Origin: Octopus sinensis
Lineage: Eukaryota
Assembly: GCF_006345805.1 (NCBI RefSeq)
Contig: NC_043005.1
Span: 25,234,001-25,298,000 of the forward strand
Direction of reading: 5' to 3'
Length of the DNA stretch: 64,000 nt
The translations under genes were made by a program, and so were the position numbers. Of the stretch, positions 51,192-64,000 are shown piece after piece; the first letter of the stretch is position 1; every line of letters starts with the position of its first letter. A model generated the notes under the pieces. That model searched no databases and was not told the origin of the DNA. It was given only the letters and a program-made list of their open reading frames with translations.

Positions 51192-52315
51192 CATTGCGTG
51201 TGTTTGCGTTGTCATTGTATTTGCCCTGTTTGTTTTTTACTTGTCCGTAACTCATCATTTCCGCAAATGGAACAGAAGTATATGTACGAGACTTAAACTA
51301 AGCTCTGGAGTGTTCGAGTAACCATTGAAAGCAGTGTTCCAGCATGGCCACAGCCGAATGACAGATACAATTAGAAAATAATGAAATAATAAACACAGCT
51401 TTTCCACATTTGGGAACGTGTTATTTCTGCCTATATCGATGTCTGTAGAATGTGATATTGTATTATACCTCAACTTTATACAATTTACAAACACGATAGA
51501 ATAGTAATGGGATTACTAATTACAAACACAATTTCTTTTTTTATATATCCTTCTTTTCGACACATTCCTTAACAACCACAAAATCTTTCATTCAATAGTT
51601 CAGTGAGTATAGCTCTTAAGTTGTTCATCAAACTCATTTCTTCATAACATTACTTGTTCTTGTTAAGTGAATTGTTATATTTATTTCGCCGTTCACATTA
51701 TAGAAAACTACGTGCCTTCCGAGCGTTGAAATTCTATAGGACCTTTGGATTGTCGTCTTTTAAGCTTTCAAGTACGAAATTCCAGTGAGTAGCATAGAAC
51801 ACTTTTCTTTGGAGAGTTTAAACGGAGTTGCTAGGTGTTTGTCGAATAGATTTGCTTCATTGTATCCAAGCCATATTTGACAGTTATAATTGAATATCTA
51901 CATATGATAATAAGATATGTTATTTTACTATTCAGAAAGTATCTTACTAAGTTTGTCAACTACTCTACTGAAGTTATAAAGGCGGCGACGTGTCAGAGAC
52001 CCCACCTCGTTGGACAAAATGTTTTGCAGCACTTTTTCCGGTTTTTAACATCTTGTGTTCATATGCTACCAAGATCCAATTTACCTTTCAGAAGTGACAA
52101 AATAAGTACCATCTGTGCATTGGGGTCGATGAAATTAACTTGACGCCTTCTCGAAATGACAGGACTTGGGCCAAAATTAGAGAGATATTACCGAAATTTT
52201 AGATACCTCTTAATGTTTCTAATGAGGACGTCCACCCTCTACATGGTAAATTTCACTTTTGTTGCTTAGTTTAGAATGTACATGCTTATCAAGGCAAAGA
52301 GTTATATTATATCTG

Positions 52316-52544
52316 CAGTAATCTCTCGCCATATCACGGTTCACCTACTGCGGTTCACATATCGCGGTTTATTATTTAAGCTTACGTCGATTCCTCCGTA
52401 GTATTGTTTTACATTTATAATAAAATACATATATACAAATTATATAAATAAAAAGAAACATACAGTACTCTTTCTACTATGCGGATTTTCACCTATCGCG
52501 GGAGGTTTTGGACCGTAACACCTGCGATAATCGATGGATTACTA
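52316..52544 (+). mobile_element. pogo/Tigger-like MITE (CAGTAA..C.TCG termini), copy 1
   Basis: Imperfect TIRs CAGTAATCTCTCG / CGATGGATTACTA. Homologous copies at 58155-58373 (inverted) and 61368-61462 (partial). Confidence 0.8.
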
Positions 52545-52774
52545 TATATAATTATACGTGGGTATTCACTTACCGCAAGGGTTCGGCAACTTTATGGCTG
52601 TCGCTGCAGTTTCGGCCTGGGTTAGCTTTAATCATGCAAACTCTATGATCACAGGCAACCCAACCATAGCCACCTCGATTTTTGTTTATCTTGGGCAGCA
52701 TTGTTCAATATAACACTAATCTTTTAATGCAGTAATCTCTGATATGAGGGTATATAGATATTATACAAGCACAG

Positions 52775-52926
52775 ATTCAGCGGCTGGAAGACCACAGAAG
52801 ACGTTTATACAACACCTTGCAGAAGATGTTGGATGCCAAGCTGAAGATCTAAAAACACTAATGGAAGAACGTGAGGGATAGAGAGAAGTAGTCAAGCTGG
52901 CTCGGGCAATCAGCCTGATTGGATGA
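52775..52926 (+). mobile_element. RTE-type LINE extreme 3' end
   Basis: GRPQKTFIQHLAEDVGCQAEDLKTLMEEREG*REVVKLARA fits the GRP..T....L..D.G....L...M.DR..W C-terminus. Confidence 0.75.
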
Positions 52927-53239
52927 CACCTCAATCAAAAGAAAAAATGGATATTATTGCTTGATGCAGTATCTCATCATGGCTGAAATTCCCTCCTTCA
53001 CCGAATCTAGGTACAAGGATAGTATTAATCCTTTGAGTAGGGTTACCTATTTGCCAGCTTGTATTTTTTATCATTCACGTCACACCTATTACTTTTGGGA
53101 GATTGTTTCTGGTTTCAACCCCACCCAACCCACCTTCCATCTATCTCTAATTGACGATCATTACATTTGGATAATTTCTCCATTTCTTTAAGAAACGTAT
53201 TATTATGTATTAGGATTGAGGCTTCGACATACAGGTACG

Positions 53240-53580
53240 TCTCTTCATGAGTACCCGGTGAAATGAGTTGCGGTATTTATCGAGTCACTTCAGGGACTGG
53301 GTTCAAATACCACCGCGATCAAATCTGCCTTTCATCCCTCGTGGATCGATAAAATAAAACACTCATTTAGTATCGATTAACCTCTTCGCTCAAAACTGAT
53401 GGCATTGTTATAAAATTTGAGACCATTATAGCAGAATCGTTAGCGCATTGGACAAAATACTTAACGGAATTTTGTCCGACGTTACGTTCTGAGTTCAAAT
53501 CCTGCAAAGGTCGACTTTGCTTTTCATCTTTCGGCTAGTTCCCTTCCCCCTAAATTCCAGGCATTGCGCCAATAGTTGAT
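53240..53580 (+). mobile_element. Two degenerate tandem SINE family B copies
   Basis: gcctttcatcc and gcagaatcgttagc...gttctgagttcaaat...gtcgactttgc. Confidence 0.7.
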
Positions 53581-54209
53581 CGGATCATGATCGTGATCAT
53601 GATCATGATCATTATTTTTGTTTGTTTTTCAACGACCGCGAACTTGTAGACTCGTTCTCATATCGTACAAAATGCCGAGCAATATTTCGTGCTAGGATCG
53701 ATTTTATCGAACACTCGTACCTCTTGAAGACTGCTGGCTTTGTACCAAAATCTGAAACAGTCATTATTACCATAAATATATTACGTTCTAATTTAATTAG
53801 CATGCATGTTATATTGATGTCTGGTGACAAGAAATCTCTTCAAATCTCTAGAGTGTTTCTGCAGAATAGAGGACGTCACATAAGTAGCTGTTGAGAAGCG
53901 TCCTGTTTGCGCCAATTTTCAAAGAATCAATTGCCATATTTGTCTTCCTTAAGCTCTTCCTCTCTCTTTCTCTGGTTGTGTCCTAATAGCTCTCATTTTC
54001 CTCATTGCCTTCGCTATCCATTCATCTATCAACGAAACGTCTATGATTTTACAGACTAAAATTATATGTGGTCTTCTGGCTTCAGTAGCCTTATCAGTCT
54101 CTATGCCGGAGCCGTAAAATCCTGTAAATATTAAGTTCCGTCACGGTCTGTTTAAATATCACCGTGTTCGTTAATATAATTAACTACCTGGTATAAATTC
54201 CTTTCTATC

Positions 54210-54412
54210 AAAGCACAATGACTGGCATTTTACGGGCGGGGCTAGTCGGTTGCACTAACCCCAGAGTTCAGCTGGTTCTTATTTTATCAACCCCAAAAGG
54301 ATGTAAGGCAAAATCGACTTCGGCGGAATTTGAACTCGGAACGCAAGAAAGGATGAAATACCGCTGAGAATTTAACCCGGCGTGCTAACGGTTCTGCCAG
54401 TTCTCCTCCTTT
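54210..54412 (-). mobile_element. SINE family B
   Basis: cggcggaatttgaactc...cccggcgtgctaacg.ttctgccag. Confidence 0.85.
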
Positions 54413-54513
54413 CCGTTTGATGTATTTTATGACTGTGAGAGACATGCATCAGTGCAAGAGAACAGACCTTTAATATAATTATTATAAACATCGTACAGTA
54501 TACAGGGCATTTA

Positions 54514-54576
<63 letters not shown>

Positions 54577-54577
<1 letters not shown>

Positions 54578-55624
54578 GACGTTGCACAATATATAATATC
54601 GTGAGGTTATTGATTGAATATATTTTATCTACTAGGGGTTTGTACTGTTTGTCAAGTCACAACAAGGAACTCAGATAGACAGTACTTTACTCAATATGCG
54701 TGCAGTTCCAAGTAATGCCGACTTTTGCAAAGCATCTAGACTGCAGGTTATCTCTAAGATTTTCAGATGTTTTTTTTTTTCAGATTGGATGGTTTGAGCC
54801 CAATGCTCCGATGACAGTAGGGATAAGCTTTATGTTCGTCCCCCGTAGCTGCCGCAACTTAGCGATCTCAATTCTCAGGTTTCCATGTTTATTAACTTTT
54901 CCTCTTTCTTTTATGATGATATGTTGATCTCATGGCATTGCTACGTCGATTATTAGACACTCTTGTTTGTCCCTCCTAAAGATTACTATATCCGACTTCG
55001 GTGCTCTAACACTTTGTCTTCTGGAAATTTAAGTCCCAGAGGATTTTTCTCTTCCACTTTTCGTCCATTACCTTTTTCGGTGTATATTGGTACCATGCAC
55101 CCGTAACCTCATATCCATAATTACGGAATATTAGCCAGTGGACATTTTGGGTTACTTTATCGTGTCTACGCTTGTACTTTTTCAGCGCAAGACTTTCACA
55201 AGCACTAACATGTGATTCACACTTTCAACCCTCTTCACACACAGAGATCTGATGAACTTGTGTGATGTATATTCTTTTTCACTGAGCTGGTATTCAATGC
55301 CCGGACCTGGGTCGCAATGATTAGGCTTTCAGTCTTCTTTTTTAGGTCACCTTCTGGGGCCATCTCCACGATGCTCCCGGGTATTTTAATTTGTTGGTTT
55401 CACAGTGCAACTGACCATGTAATTCCATATGGAGTAGGGTTTCTTCTCTCTCGTTGGCTGTACTAGTTCGGAATTTTTGAGCACTCTCAAGTCTATTGTT
55501 GTTAAATCCTTCTGCATTAGCAGCATTCTATAGCAGGACTTTGCTGTTTACCAAATATTCTGCCATGTTTCTTCTTACGCTGTTGGTGCACTCCCGTACG
55601 CCAGTCAGCCCACGTCCACCTGTC
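54577..55624 (-). mobile_element. R4/Dong-like LINE, 5'-truncated, 3' end abutting (TAA)n
   Basis: Minus strand: GGRGL (end of RT thumb), YKRRHDKVTQNVHW, KILWD, DIVIF...CLIIDVAMP, LRIEIAKL, PTVIGALG, LQKSALLGTARILSKVLSI*, then a short 3' UTR and the 54515-54576 repeat. Confidence 0.88.
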
Positions 55625-55743
55625 GCTTACAGCCATATAGCGTTGAATGCACCGGTTCTCGTTCGATCACCGAAGTTAAGCAACGTCAAGCCTAGCAAGT
55701 ACTTAGATGTGTGGCCGCTTGGGAAACCCAGGCGTTGTAAGCA
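55625..55743 (+). pseudogene. 5S rRNA full-length copy, probably a pseudogene
   Basis: GCTTACAGCCATA...CCGGTTCTCGTTCGATCACCGAAGTTAAGCAACGTC...AGTACTTAGATGTGTGGCCGCTTGGGAAA...TGTAAGC. 5' GCTTAC pairs with 3' GTAAGC. Box C deviates from TGGATGGGTGACC, and there is no oligo-T terminator or tandem array. Confidence 0.9.
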
Positions 55744-55756
55744 TCTCAAGCACAAT

Positions 55757-55972
55757 AAGGCGGCAAGCCGGCAGAATCGTTAGCACGCCGGGCGAAATGC
55801 TTTGCAGCACTTCATCAGTCTGCACGTTCCGAGTTCAAATTCTGCCACGGTCGACTTTACCTTTCATCCTTTCGCGATCGGTAAATGAAGTACCAGTGAA
55901 ACACTGGAGTTGATGTATTCGACTAAGCTCCTCCCCTAAAATTTCAAGCTTTGTGCCTTTAGTATAGAAAGG

Positions 55973-55975
<3 letters not shown>
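55757..55975 (+). mobile_element. SINE family B with (ATT)n tail
   Basis: AAGGCGGCAAGCCGGCAGAATCGTTAGCACGCCGGGCG...GAAAGGATTATT; (ATT)n continues to ~56070. Confidence 0.88.
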
Positions 55976-56009
<34 letters not shown>

Positions 56010-56786
56010 TATTATTATTATTATTATTGTTATTATTATTATTATTATTATCATTATTATTATTATTATTGCCTGCCATATTATATTCACTCCCCTCGAA
56101 CCGTGTTAACCACCTGGCTCATTCGCTTCTCCTCAGGAATAAGCTCTATGTCCATACATCTTATACGATAAACAACTAAGATTATCTTAGGATTTACATC
56201 GACCCCCATCGACCTCACCGGTTTGAGAAGCTTTAGAAAACTCTTTTGGCCAAATCCAAATCATTAAAATGAAATAAATAAATAAATAAATAACTAAGTA
56301 AATAATAAATAAAGCTATTAAATCCCATGTTTTAAGTCTTATTTTTTTAAAATTGCGATGCTTATTTTTAAATATGGCTGAAATGTCAGCTAATGATTGC
56401 TTAAAAATCGTCTACAGCATTCATTCAACTCAAACGACATCTCAATATTACTTAAAGACGATTTAAAAATACACTCACTCAAACATTTATTAAAACAACA
56501 AACCTCAGCTAGGAAAGAAAATAAATCGATTTAGACATTGGTAATACGGCCTAGGGAAGAAAAAAAAACGAAGATTTCAAAATAAATTTAAGACGGACAG
56601 ACTGATTTGTGCGATTTATCAATAAGCAGTGTTGAGAGGGACTACTTAGTTTATTAATACGAAGTTCGAAGAAGTGGAATTGGTGAAAATGAGACTCATC
56701 AATTTTCGTAATGAGGGTAAATTTCCTCTTCAATATGACACATAATTAGCGTCATTTGCCAATATCGGATTTTTTAAAATACAAAA

Positions 56787-56808
56787 TCATCATCATCATC
56801 ATCACCAT

Positions 56809-56855
<47 letters not shown>

Positions 56856-56994
56856 GCATCATCATCATCATCCTAACTTCCACTTCTCACCACCTCTCAC
56901 CATCACTACCACCACAACTGCTATAATAACCAACACCACCACAACTAACACAACCACCACTACCACCTCTATCACCACCACCACCACCACCACT

Positions 56995-57026
<32 letters not shown>

Positions 57027-57138
57027 CAACACCATTATCATCATCATCATCATCATAGACACCATCTCTCACCACCACCACCACCAACACCACCACCGTC
57101 GTCTTAGTCGTCGTCATCGTCGTTTGGCTCCTCATCAT
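56787..57138. repeat. (CAT)/(CAC)/(CAA)/(CGT) compound microsatellite
   Basis: Visible. Confidence 0.95.
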
Positions 57139-57530
57139 AATCAGCTGTCAGTTTTCTTGATATAGTTGATCGTTCTATTGCTAGTAGCCATTCTCTAATC
57201 AGTCTGAATAATTACCACGGTGCTTGAAGCTATATTAATCTCATACCAGGACAGTTAAATACGTAACCACTTCTATTGCAATTATATGTTCTTCATATAA
57301 TGTAATACCGTGAAGAAAAAAACACTAAAATTACTGAAGCTTTAACCTGCACACAACTGTGATGTTCTCTCGTAATTCCCTCATATTTAACTAGTCTTAA
57401 AGTACATATTCTTTAAACGAATAGGGTAATTGGGAATCGTTTCTATATCAAAGCTATTAACACCGTTTTAAGAGAAGTAACCTTGTACCAAACGGAATCG
57501 TGATATCAGGTTAGCCTCCATATGTTATTA

Positions 57531-57711
57531 CGAAGTCTGATCAATAAGTATCTGGAGTTTCGCCATAATAAGGAAGCTAAACCACGCATAGTGAAGCCGC
57601 TTGGAAAATATTAACCCTGAACTCTGCTGTGCATATGCACTGAGTTTTAACATTCTTAGCTTTAGCTTCGTTACTATGTCAACAATCCGGATACTTACTG
57701 ATCAGACCACG
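57531..57711. mobile_element. Mariner-derived MITE, same family as 26088-27316
   Basis: TA-CGAAGTCTGATCAATAAGTATCTGGA ... TCCGGATACTTACTGATCAGACCACG-TA; interior matches the 5' non-coding part of the mariner remnant. Confidence 0.85.
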
Positions 57712-58154
57712 TATGTTCTGCACTGCACGTAATATTTGGTATTCATGTTTTACGTGTTTAAAGTACTGGTAATAGACGATTCGTTCTCTTTCTCTTGTTC
57801 TACTACCGTTTAAAACACACTTGGTTTCACACGACTTAAGTGTACTTAATGCTGTCAACAATATCAAAAGCCGGTACTTAACTTCGTTATAAACGAACGA
57901 GTGCCTGATAGCATAAGCTAAATTTCACCGAGGTTGCATTTTCTCCTTATTTCCGGAACGGTACACCATTCCGTCGCAGATTTGAAATCCGGCTCCCACT
58001 GGTACAGAGATGAGCGAATTGAAGCAACGTGGAAAGAACATACCTTATTGGATGACGAAATGTGCCACCCAGCTGGAGAATGGATACCCCACACTAATGA
58101 CTAAGAGCCCAGCACACTTACCATTAAGACATGCGTATTTAAATAAAACATATA

Positions 58155-58373
58155 CAGTAAACGCTCGACTATTACGTGTGTTACGTTCCAAAACCTCCCG
58201 CGATAGGTGAAAATCCGCGAAGTAGAAACAGTACTGTATATATATTCTAAAACATTTTTATAATTTGTATATATTTATTTTATTATAAATGCAAAACAAC
58301 ACCAAGGAGAAATCGGCGTAAGCTTAAATAATAAACCGAGATTGGCGAACTGCAATATGTCGAGGGGTTTCTG
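58155..58373 (-). mobile_element. pogo/Tigger-like MITE, copy 2
   Basis: TA-CAGTAAACGCTCGAC ... GTCGAGGGGTTTCTG-TA; reverse complement of 52316-52544. Confidence 0.8.
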
Positions 58374-60819
58374 TAATATAATATTTGAAGCTATTTCTAA
58401 CAACTTACATAGAATGGGTTGTATACTCTGGAGTTTTCTCTCAATCGAGTTAAAAAAGCATTTTCATGTTTGACATAAACGACCCTCAACCGATTCATTA
58501 CGTTTCATTTTACTTCAAGATAACATTCAGACCAACACACCTCAATATGTGTTACCATGTAGTTTTCTACTGAACAGAGTAGGACACGAAGAGAGATGTC
58601 GATCCAGTGATACCTCGCATTTCTTTTAGAACTCATCATTGTTTAGACATTTGTAAGTCCACAATCCATTGAAAAATAAGAAAAAGGAATTGACTTTTAA
58701 ATTTATATTTAGTCCACTCAGTAGAGCTCATCACTTTCCAAGGCATATCATACAAAGTGTTAACTCAGCGGTATGAGCTAACGATTAACTCGGTAATTAC
58801 TATTTCATCAAGTTCAATTCTGAAGGAACATACTATTATTAGAAGTGATAAGATTGTGACCATCTAGCTTCTGATACATAGATCGTCGCAGACTACAATA
58901 TCCAGTACGTTTCTCCTTAAATAAAAGAAAGTGTAAAATGTAAAGTGTATAAGAGAGAATTGACTGCTATATTTTAGCCCATTGAGTAACTACTTAGAAC
59001 GTAGCCATTCGATAAAGCGAAGGCTGGTTTGAGCCGTGATTTATATATAATAGGCCACATCATATTTGCAGCTAAAAACTGGAGCGTGGATATATTGGAT
59101 ATTGTATTTCCAGACAAGCTATGCCTCAGAAAACTTTATCGCTATGACTGGATTATCTTTGGTATTGATAATATCCAGCCAAGACTAACATTGATTTAAA
59201 CACCTGCAATGCACAGTCATCAGTTGGTATTAATACGTAATCTGGCTATTTTTGCAATGATTTGATTGTTGAATTTGATGTCACCATTGTTGTTAGTGTT
59301 ATTCTCATATGAATCCTGACTGACAAAGAAAAAAAACGTATCACCAAAAGCATTTTAACCGTGACCGTTGTCCCTTTAAGGAGGAGGCTAAGGTTGCCTT
59401 TTCTATCTAAGACAGTAGATAGAAATTTGATGGAAATTTTTGTAGCTATTTCCAGCTGCTCGTGGGACTGCGAAATGGTTTCTCTTTGGGGATTCGAGCA
59501 TTGGTTCCTCTTGTTATTTCTCTACAAAAACTTAAAGAACAATATATTATTTTGACTTACATTTTATTATTCTCCTTAGATACATCATTTTTAGTTCGTC
59601 TCAGTAAGTACGGCAGTAATAAAAAAGAAATTCCGCTTCATGATATATTTGATTGGTCAGTCACATTATAGATATCTATCTGGAATGCATTAAACCATAA
59701 CGTCTGTATACTTAGATGCGTTAATCTATTCTTGTTTATCGACTTCTAGAAGAAGAAAGATATACTATTTACGTCAAGCTATATCTATTAATGTAAGTCA
59801 ACAGAGCATGTATATCTTAAACTGTTTTGACAATGATTAGAAGAAAATAATATAATACGAATAAATAAATGAAAAGAATGCGAATACGAAACAACAAACT
59901 TTACATGCTTCCGAAGTAAGACAGCGTTTCTCTAATGTATTTGACAAAGAAAATCATTCGATCAATACATCTAGATCTTATCGTATGTTTTTAGATGTCC
60001 ATCTTCTTCGGGCAAATATTGACTTGTGAAACATTTAGATTCGAGTAAATATATATGCAATACTAATGTAGAATGGAGTTTGATTTGAAATGTGTACAAA
60101 GTGCACATAACAAAACACACAGGCATTCTTAGCAATCTTTTAAAAAACAGCATCGGATTCGTGTAAAAATAAGGACATCATGCTGAGATACGAATTAGTT
60201 TGGTAAAGACCAAAGATCAGTAATAAGATAAAAAATTGAATGAAAATTGGATGAAAATTGTGACCCCCATCTGTGATAAAAAGGAGGTTGATGTTGTAGA
60301 CTGGAAGCAATAATGGAAAATTAGATACGCTAAGATATTCTTGAGCTCCCCACAGACTGTCTCATTTAGAGAAGACTTATGGATTTCATAGCATACAGCT
60401 TTTTTTCTTCAAAGCTCAGACACATATGATGTTACAGAAGTATGTTTCGTACATTTACATGCTACATGGGATCGAATCCGAATTTTTAATTGCCCTTTAT
60501 CCTGCAGTGAAAAACACATTTAATTTTCTAGAAGGTGCAGGAAAATCCAGAGTACTGTCGATTAGCTGCATCAAATTGAATATCACATTAAAATGCTACA
60601 ATAACAATAACAATAGCAGCATTCTATAATTTCCAGGAATATTGACATATTTCTTAAATTCATAGTTTTTCTGCATTTTGTTCCATCTTATTTGTTGTAA
60701 TGTGAACAAATACTGCAATCTCTTGTAAATACTACAGTATAAAAACTCCAAATTCCTAGCCGTTGTTGCAATCCACGTTATCAAAATACGCTCAACACTA
60801 CCATTTCTCGTTAATGTTA

Positions 60820-60997
60820 CAGTCAACAAGGCCAAATTGCCAAGCATGGTCGATAGTGCCTAATTACTAACCATGAATCAACACTGCCAAATGGCTAACC
60901 ATGTGTCAATAGTGCCGAATTTCTAGCACGAGTCAACACAGCCAAATTACTAACCATGAGATGATAGTGCCAAATTGCTAACCATGAGTCAACAATA
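60820..60997. repeat. ~28-bp minisatellite, about 6.5 units, alternating subtypes
   Basis: Units of the form GTCAAC(A)CAGCCAAATTRCTAACCATGA alternate with GTCGATAGTGCC.AATT.CTAACCATGA. Confidence 0.85.
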
Positions 60998-61004
60998 TCA
61001 ATTG

Positions 61005-61095
61005 GTACCTTGGGCATGTGCTTTCTACTATAGCCTCGGGCCGACCAAAACCTTGTGAGTGGATTTGGTAGACGGAAACTGAAAGAAACCCGTCG

Positions 61096-61126
<31 letters not shown>

Positions 61127-61367
61127 ACGTTTGTATGTGTGTGTGTGTGTGTGTACGTTTGTATGTCTGTGTTTGTCCCCAACATCACTTGACAACCGAC
61201 GTCAGTGTGCTTATGTGACCGTAACTTAGTGGTTCAGCAAAAGAGACTCGTGGAATAAGTACTACTCTTACAAAGAATAAGTCCTAGTGTCGATTTGTTC
61301 GACGGAAGATGATTCTCCAGCATGGCCGCAGTCAAATAACTGGAACCAATAAAAAATAAAGGAATAA
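61005..61367 (+). mobile_element. SINE family A, 5'-truncated
   Basis: Starts at GGTACCTTGGGCA; internal microsatellite and 3' half are present. Confidence 0.88.
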
Positions 61368-62421
61368 AAGTACTGTCTTTACTTCGCGGATTTTCCCCTA
61401 TCGCAGGGGGTGGGGTTGAGGGGTTGGAACGTAACACCCGCGATAGTTGAGGTATTGCAGTATTTAGTACTGGCATATTTCATCATACATGTTCCTCTCA
61501 TGCAAAATCCCCTTTACGAAATTTAGTATGGTCTGCTTTGTATTACCGTTCATTTTTATTGCGTGAAATATATTTGCATATATTTCACTATTAACGCCTT
61601 CTTTACACCTTTCTAAATCTCTCCATAGGAGAATTTTAGTTAGTTTTTGATACATTTTATCGAAACACTTCACGTAAAACAAGTTATATATAAACATTAA
61701 CATATCTCTAATCTAAAGAATATTCAGAGAATTACCCACCTTTAATACACGCTAAATATTGTGGAGAACACTATATTCCCTGCCAACATCAACAACGATA
61801 TACAAAGATAGTTAACCAGCTACATGTCTTTTTCTGTTATAACTAATTTCTGAAATTTATTTCTGAATATTTTATACTATACAAATTATATATAAATTTT
61901 ATACAATATATTATTTATAATCCGCTTATATGACCATTGTCATGATAATTAAACGTTCATCAATATTTAATGTAATTAGTTTTGCTTAAAGTTTCCACAA
62001 ATTCAATCTTAAAAGTAACAAACGTAAAATGTTTTCTTCTTAGGTTTAGTCATTTTCTACAGTAATTTTTACTCATTAAGCATATAATATTTGTCATTAT
62101 AATTCGCGTTTTTTTTTTCTAAAATAAACAAACAAACGAAAAAACGAAAGAAGCATATCCAAGAAAACCAGCTTGCATCATATGTTCATTCTATTATTTT
62201 GGGTTATTTTAAGTCTACTGCCAAGTATTGGTTCAGACCCTGTAGTACTCCAGAAAACGAATCATAAAAATTTGTGTTACAAGCTACAGGAGACAAGAAT
62301 TTTCTAATGTTAAGATGAATATTAATAATGCTTACTTCATATAAAGTAACATTAGTCATGAAGAATATTAAATGACAAAAGGTGACCATACACATGAGCA
62401 AATACTCTTTAAGTTCTACAC

Positions 62422-62586
62422 CAGTGGTTCCCAACCATTTCACTAACAAGGACCCCTTTTATTTAAATGAGTTTTCCCACGGTCCCCTTTTAATATGCTT
62501 ATCATTATGTATATGTATATGAAATTTTGAATTTAGTTCACAGACCCCCAGTAGTACCCTTGCGGACTACAGGTTGGAAAATACTG
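62422..62586. mobile_element. hAT (Charlie-like) MITE with 8-bp TSD
   Basis: Termini CAGTGGTTCCCAACC / GGTTGGAAAATACTG; TSD TTCTACAC (62414-62421) / CTCTACAC (62587-62594). Confidence 0.85.
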
Positions 62587-64000
62587 CTCTACACTATTCT
62601 GACGTTAATTTATTAGTATGACTAACAGAAAAACTGCCCTCCGGGCTGTTTTCTGCTGGGCACTTTATTACATTTTCACATTTGATTACCAATTCTAATA
62701 ACTTTAATGATTTTTTACGTCTAATTATTTCTTTGTATAATAGTGCTCACTTGTGTAGTAACTATTGCTGTCATTATTTTATAACAGTCATAATCTCTCT
62801 TTCTTTTAAACAAACATCAAGGTAGTCCATCTACGGGGAGGGGAGCAGTTTGTCTAGTTTTACGTTCCCCTCAAAGCAACATACAGATTTCAATTCAGCA
62901 GCCCATCTGTAAGCTTTGTAGTGTGTGTGTGAGAGAGAGGGGGGAGAGAGAACATTGCAGACAATGAATGAAATAAACATGAAATGAAATAATCATATAA
63001 ATAAAAGGGCATTACTGCAGATGTATACGCCCCAGATTTTGTTACCTCATAACAACCAGGAAAATCGATACCTTTTTTTACAAAATTCTCTATATAGATA
63101 TTTATGAGTAAAACCTTTTTCCGAGGGGCTGCAGAGAGGAGTTTCAGAAAATTCACGCGATCCGAATTTTTTCCCTCATAACTTTCAGGGAAATGGCTAT
63201 CTTTTAATGGAAGTTTATACAAATCACTTTCAATCGGCATAGATTATGATTATAAAGAAATTTGTGGGGAAAATCTTTTCCGGGCGTGGGAGTGGGAAGA
63301 TGAGTTTTGGATCAAGAAGACGAAATAAGTTAGAACTACTCTATTTTGAGAGGGGTTTTCCACATTATTTGTAACCGACAGCCTTAAAATTGATAGGGTA
63401 TGGGTGGGCATCTTTGTGCAAAGGAAGTTTTGAAACATTTTTTATCAACGCCATCCTTCTTCATTCCTCTCTAGACATATTTTGGCCAATGATTTTTTGC
63501 ATTTCAAAACCATTGGAGGAGCCTTTTCGGTTAAAGAAAAGAAAATTCAGTATTTTCAGAGGGAAAAGTGATTGATTTGAGATTTAGCTGTTGCTTCTAG
63601 CACATCCAAAGACAAACTTCTTCGTTTCTTTATTGCTCTTGCATGTTTTGATGTTTTTCAATATACTCCCCCCTAAATATATTTATATGCTATAGAAAAG
63701 AAAATTTGAGAAATTATAAAGTTTTTGAAATCCCACTCCCTACCCCCGATTGTTTCTGCTTAGAAATTAAAATTCATTTTAATAGCATACTGTTATGTTA
63801 GAAAATATTTTTTCTTACACACACACACACGCCTTCGCTTGTTTGAGTTAAGGGTAAAAATTTAGATTTCAATTTTTTTTTGTTGCTTATATTCCACCAA
63901 AGGTCCATACATGTGTTACTTCGGCATCATATTCCATAAAATGTGTTTAATGAGATAAAAATATTGAAAAAAAGCGGAGGTTGGTTGCGTTTGTGCTAGA

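Noticed and set aside
55625-55743. Functional 5S rRNA gene
   Set aside because: Solitary copy, altered box C, no terminator, flanked by retroelements; called a pseudogene instead.
60820-60997. 28-bp repeats as a CRISPR array
   Set aside because: Units are contiguous with no unique spacers, there are no cas genes, and the context is eukaryotic.

Overview
AT-rich, microsatellite-saturated eukaryotic (animal) non-coding DNA. The SINE families, the 5S rRNA copy and the LINE remnants point to a coleoid cephalopod, most likely Octopus; this is an inference from recalled family sequences, not a database result. No intact protein-coding gene is supported and the window looks intronic or intergenic. 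It contains: at least five tRNA-headed SINE families; decayed R4/Dong-like and RTE non-LTR retrotransposons; a Helitron helicase remnant with its 3' hairpin; a mariner remnant; several TA-flanked or hAT MITEs; and a full-length 5S rRNA pseudogene wedged between a LINE fragment and a SINE. The most unusual signal is a set of small non-coding elements, several of them fold-back and sitting in (TA)n or (ATT)n tracts, that carry minimal hammerhead-ribozyme motifs (CUGANGA...GAAAC) typical of Penelope-like retroelements. The clearest example is a TSD-bounded inverted pair at 48885-49295. One weak Ig-like exon candidate lies at 19623-19906. Nearly all ORFs in the supplied track are artefacts of microsatellites or SINEs.
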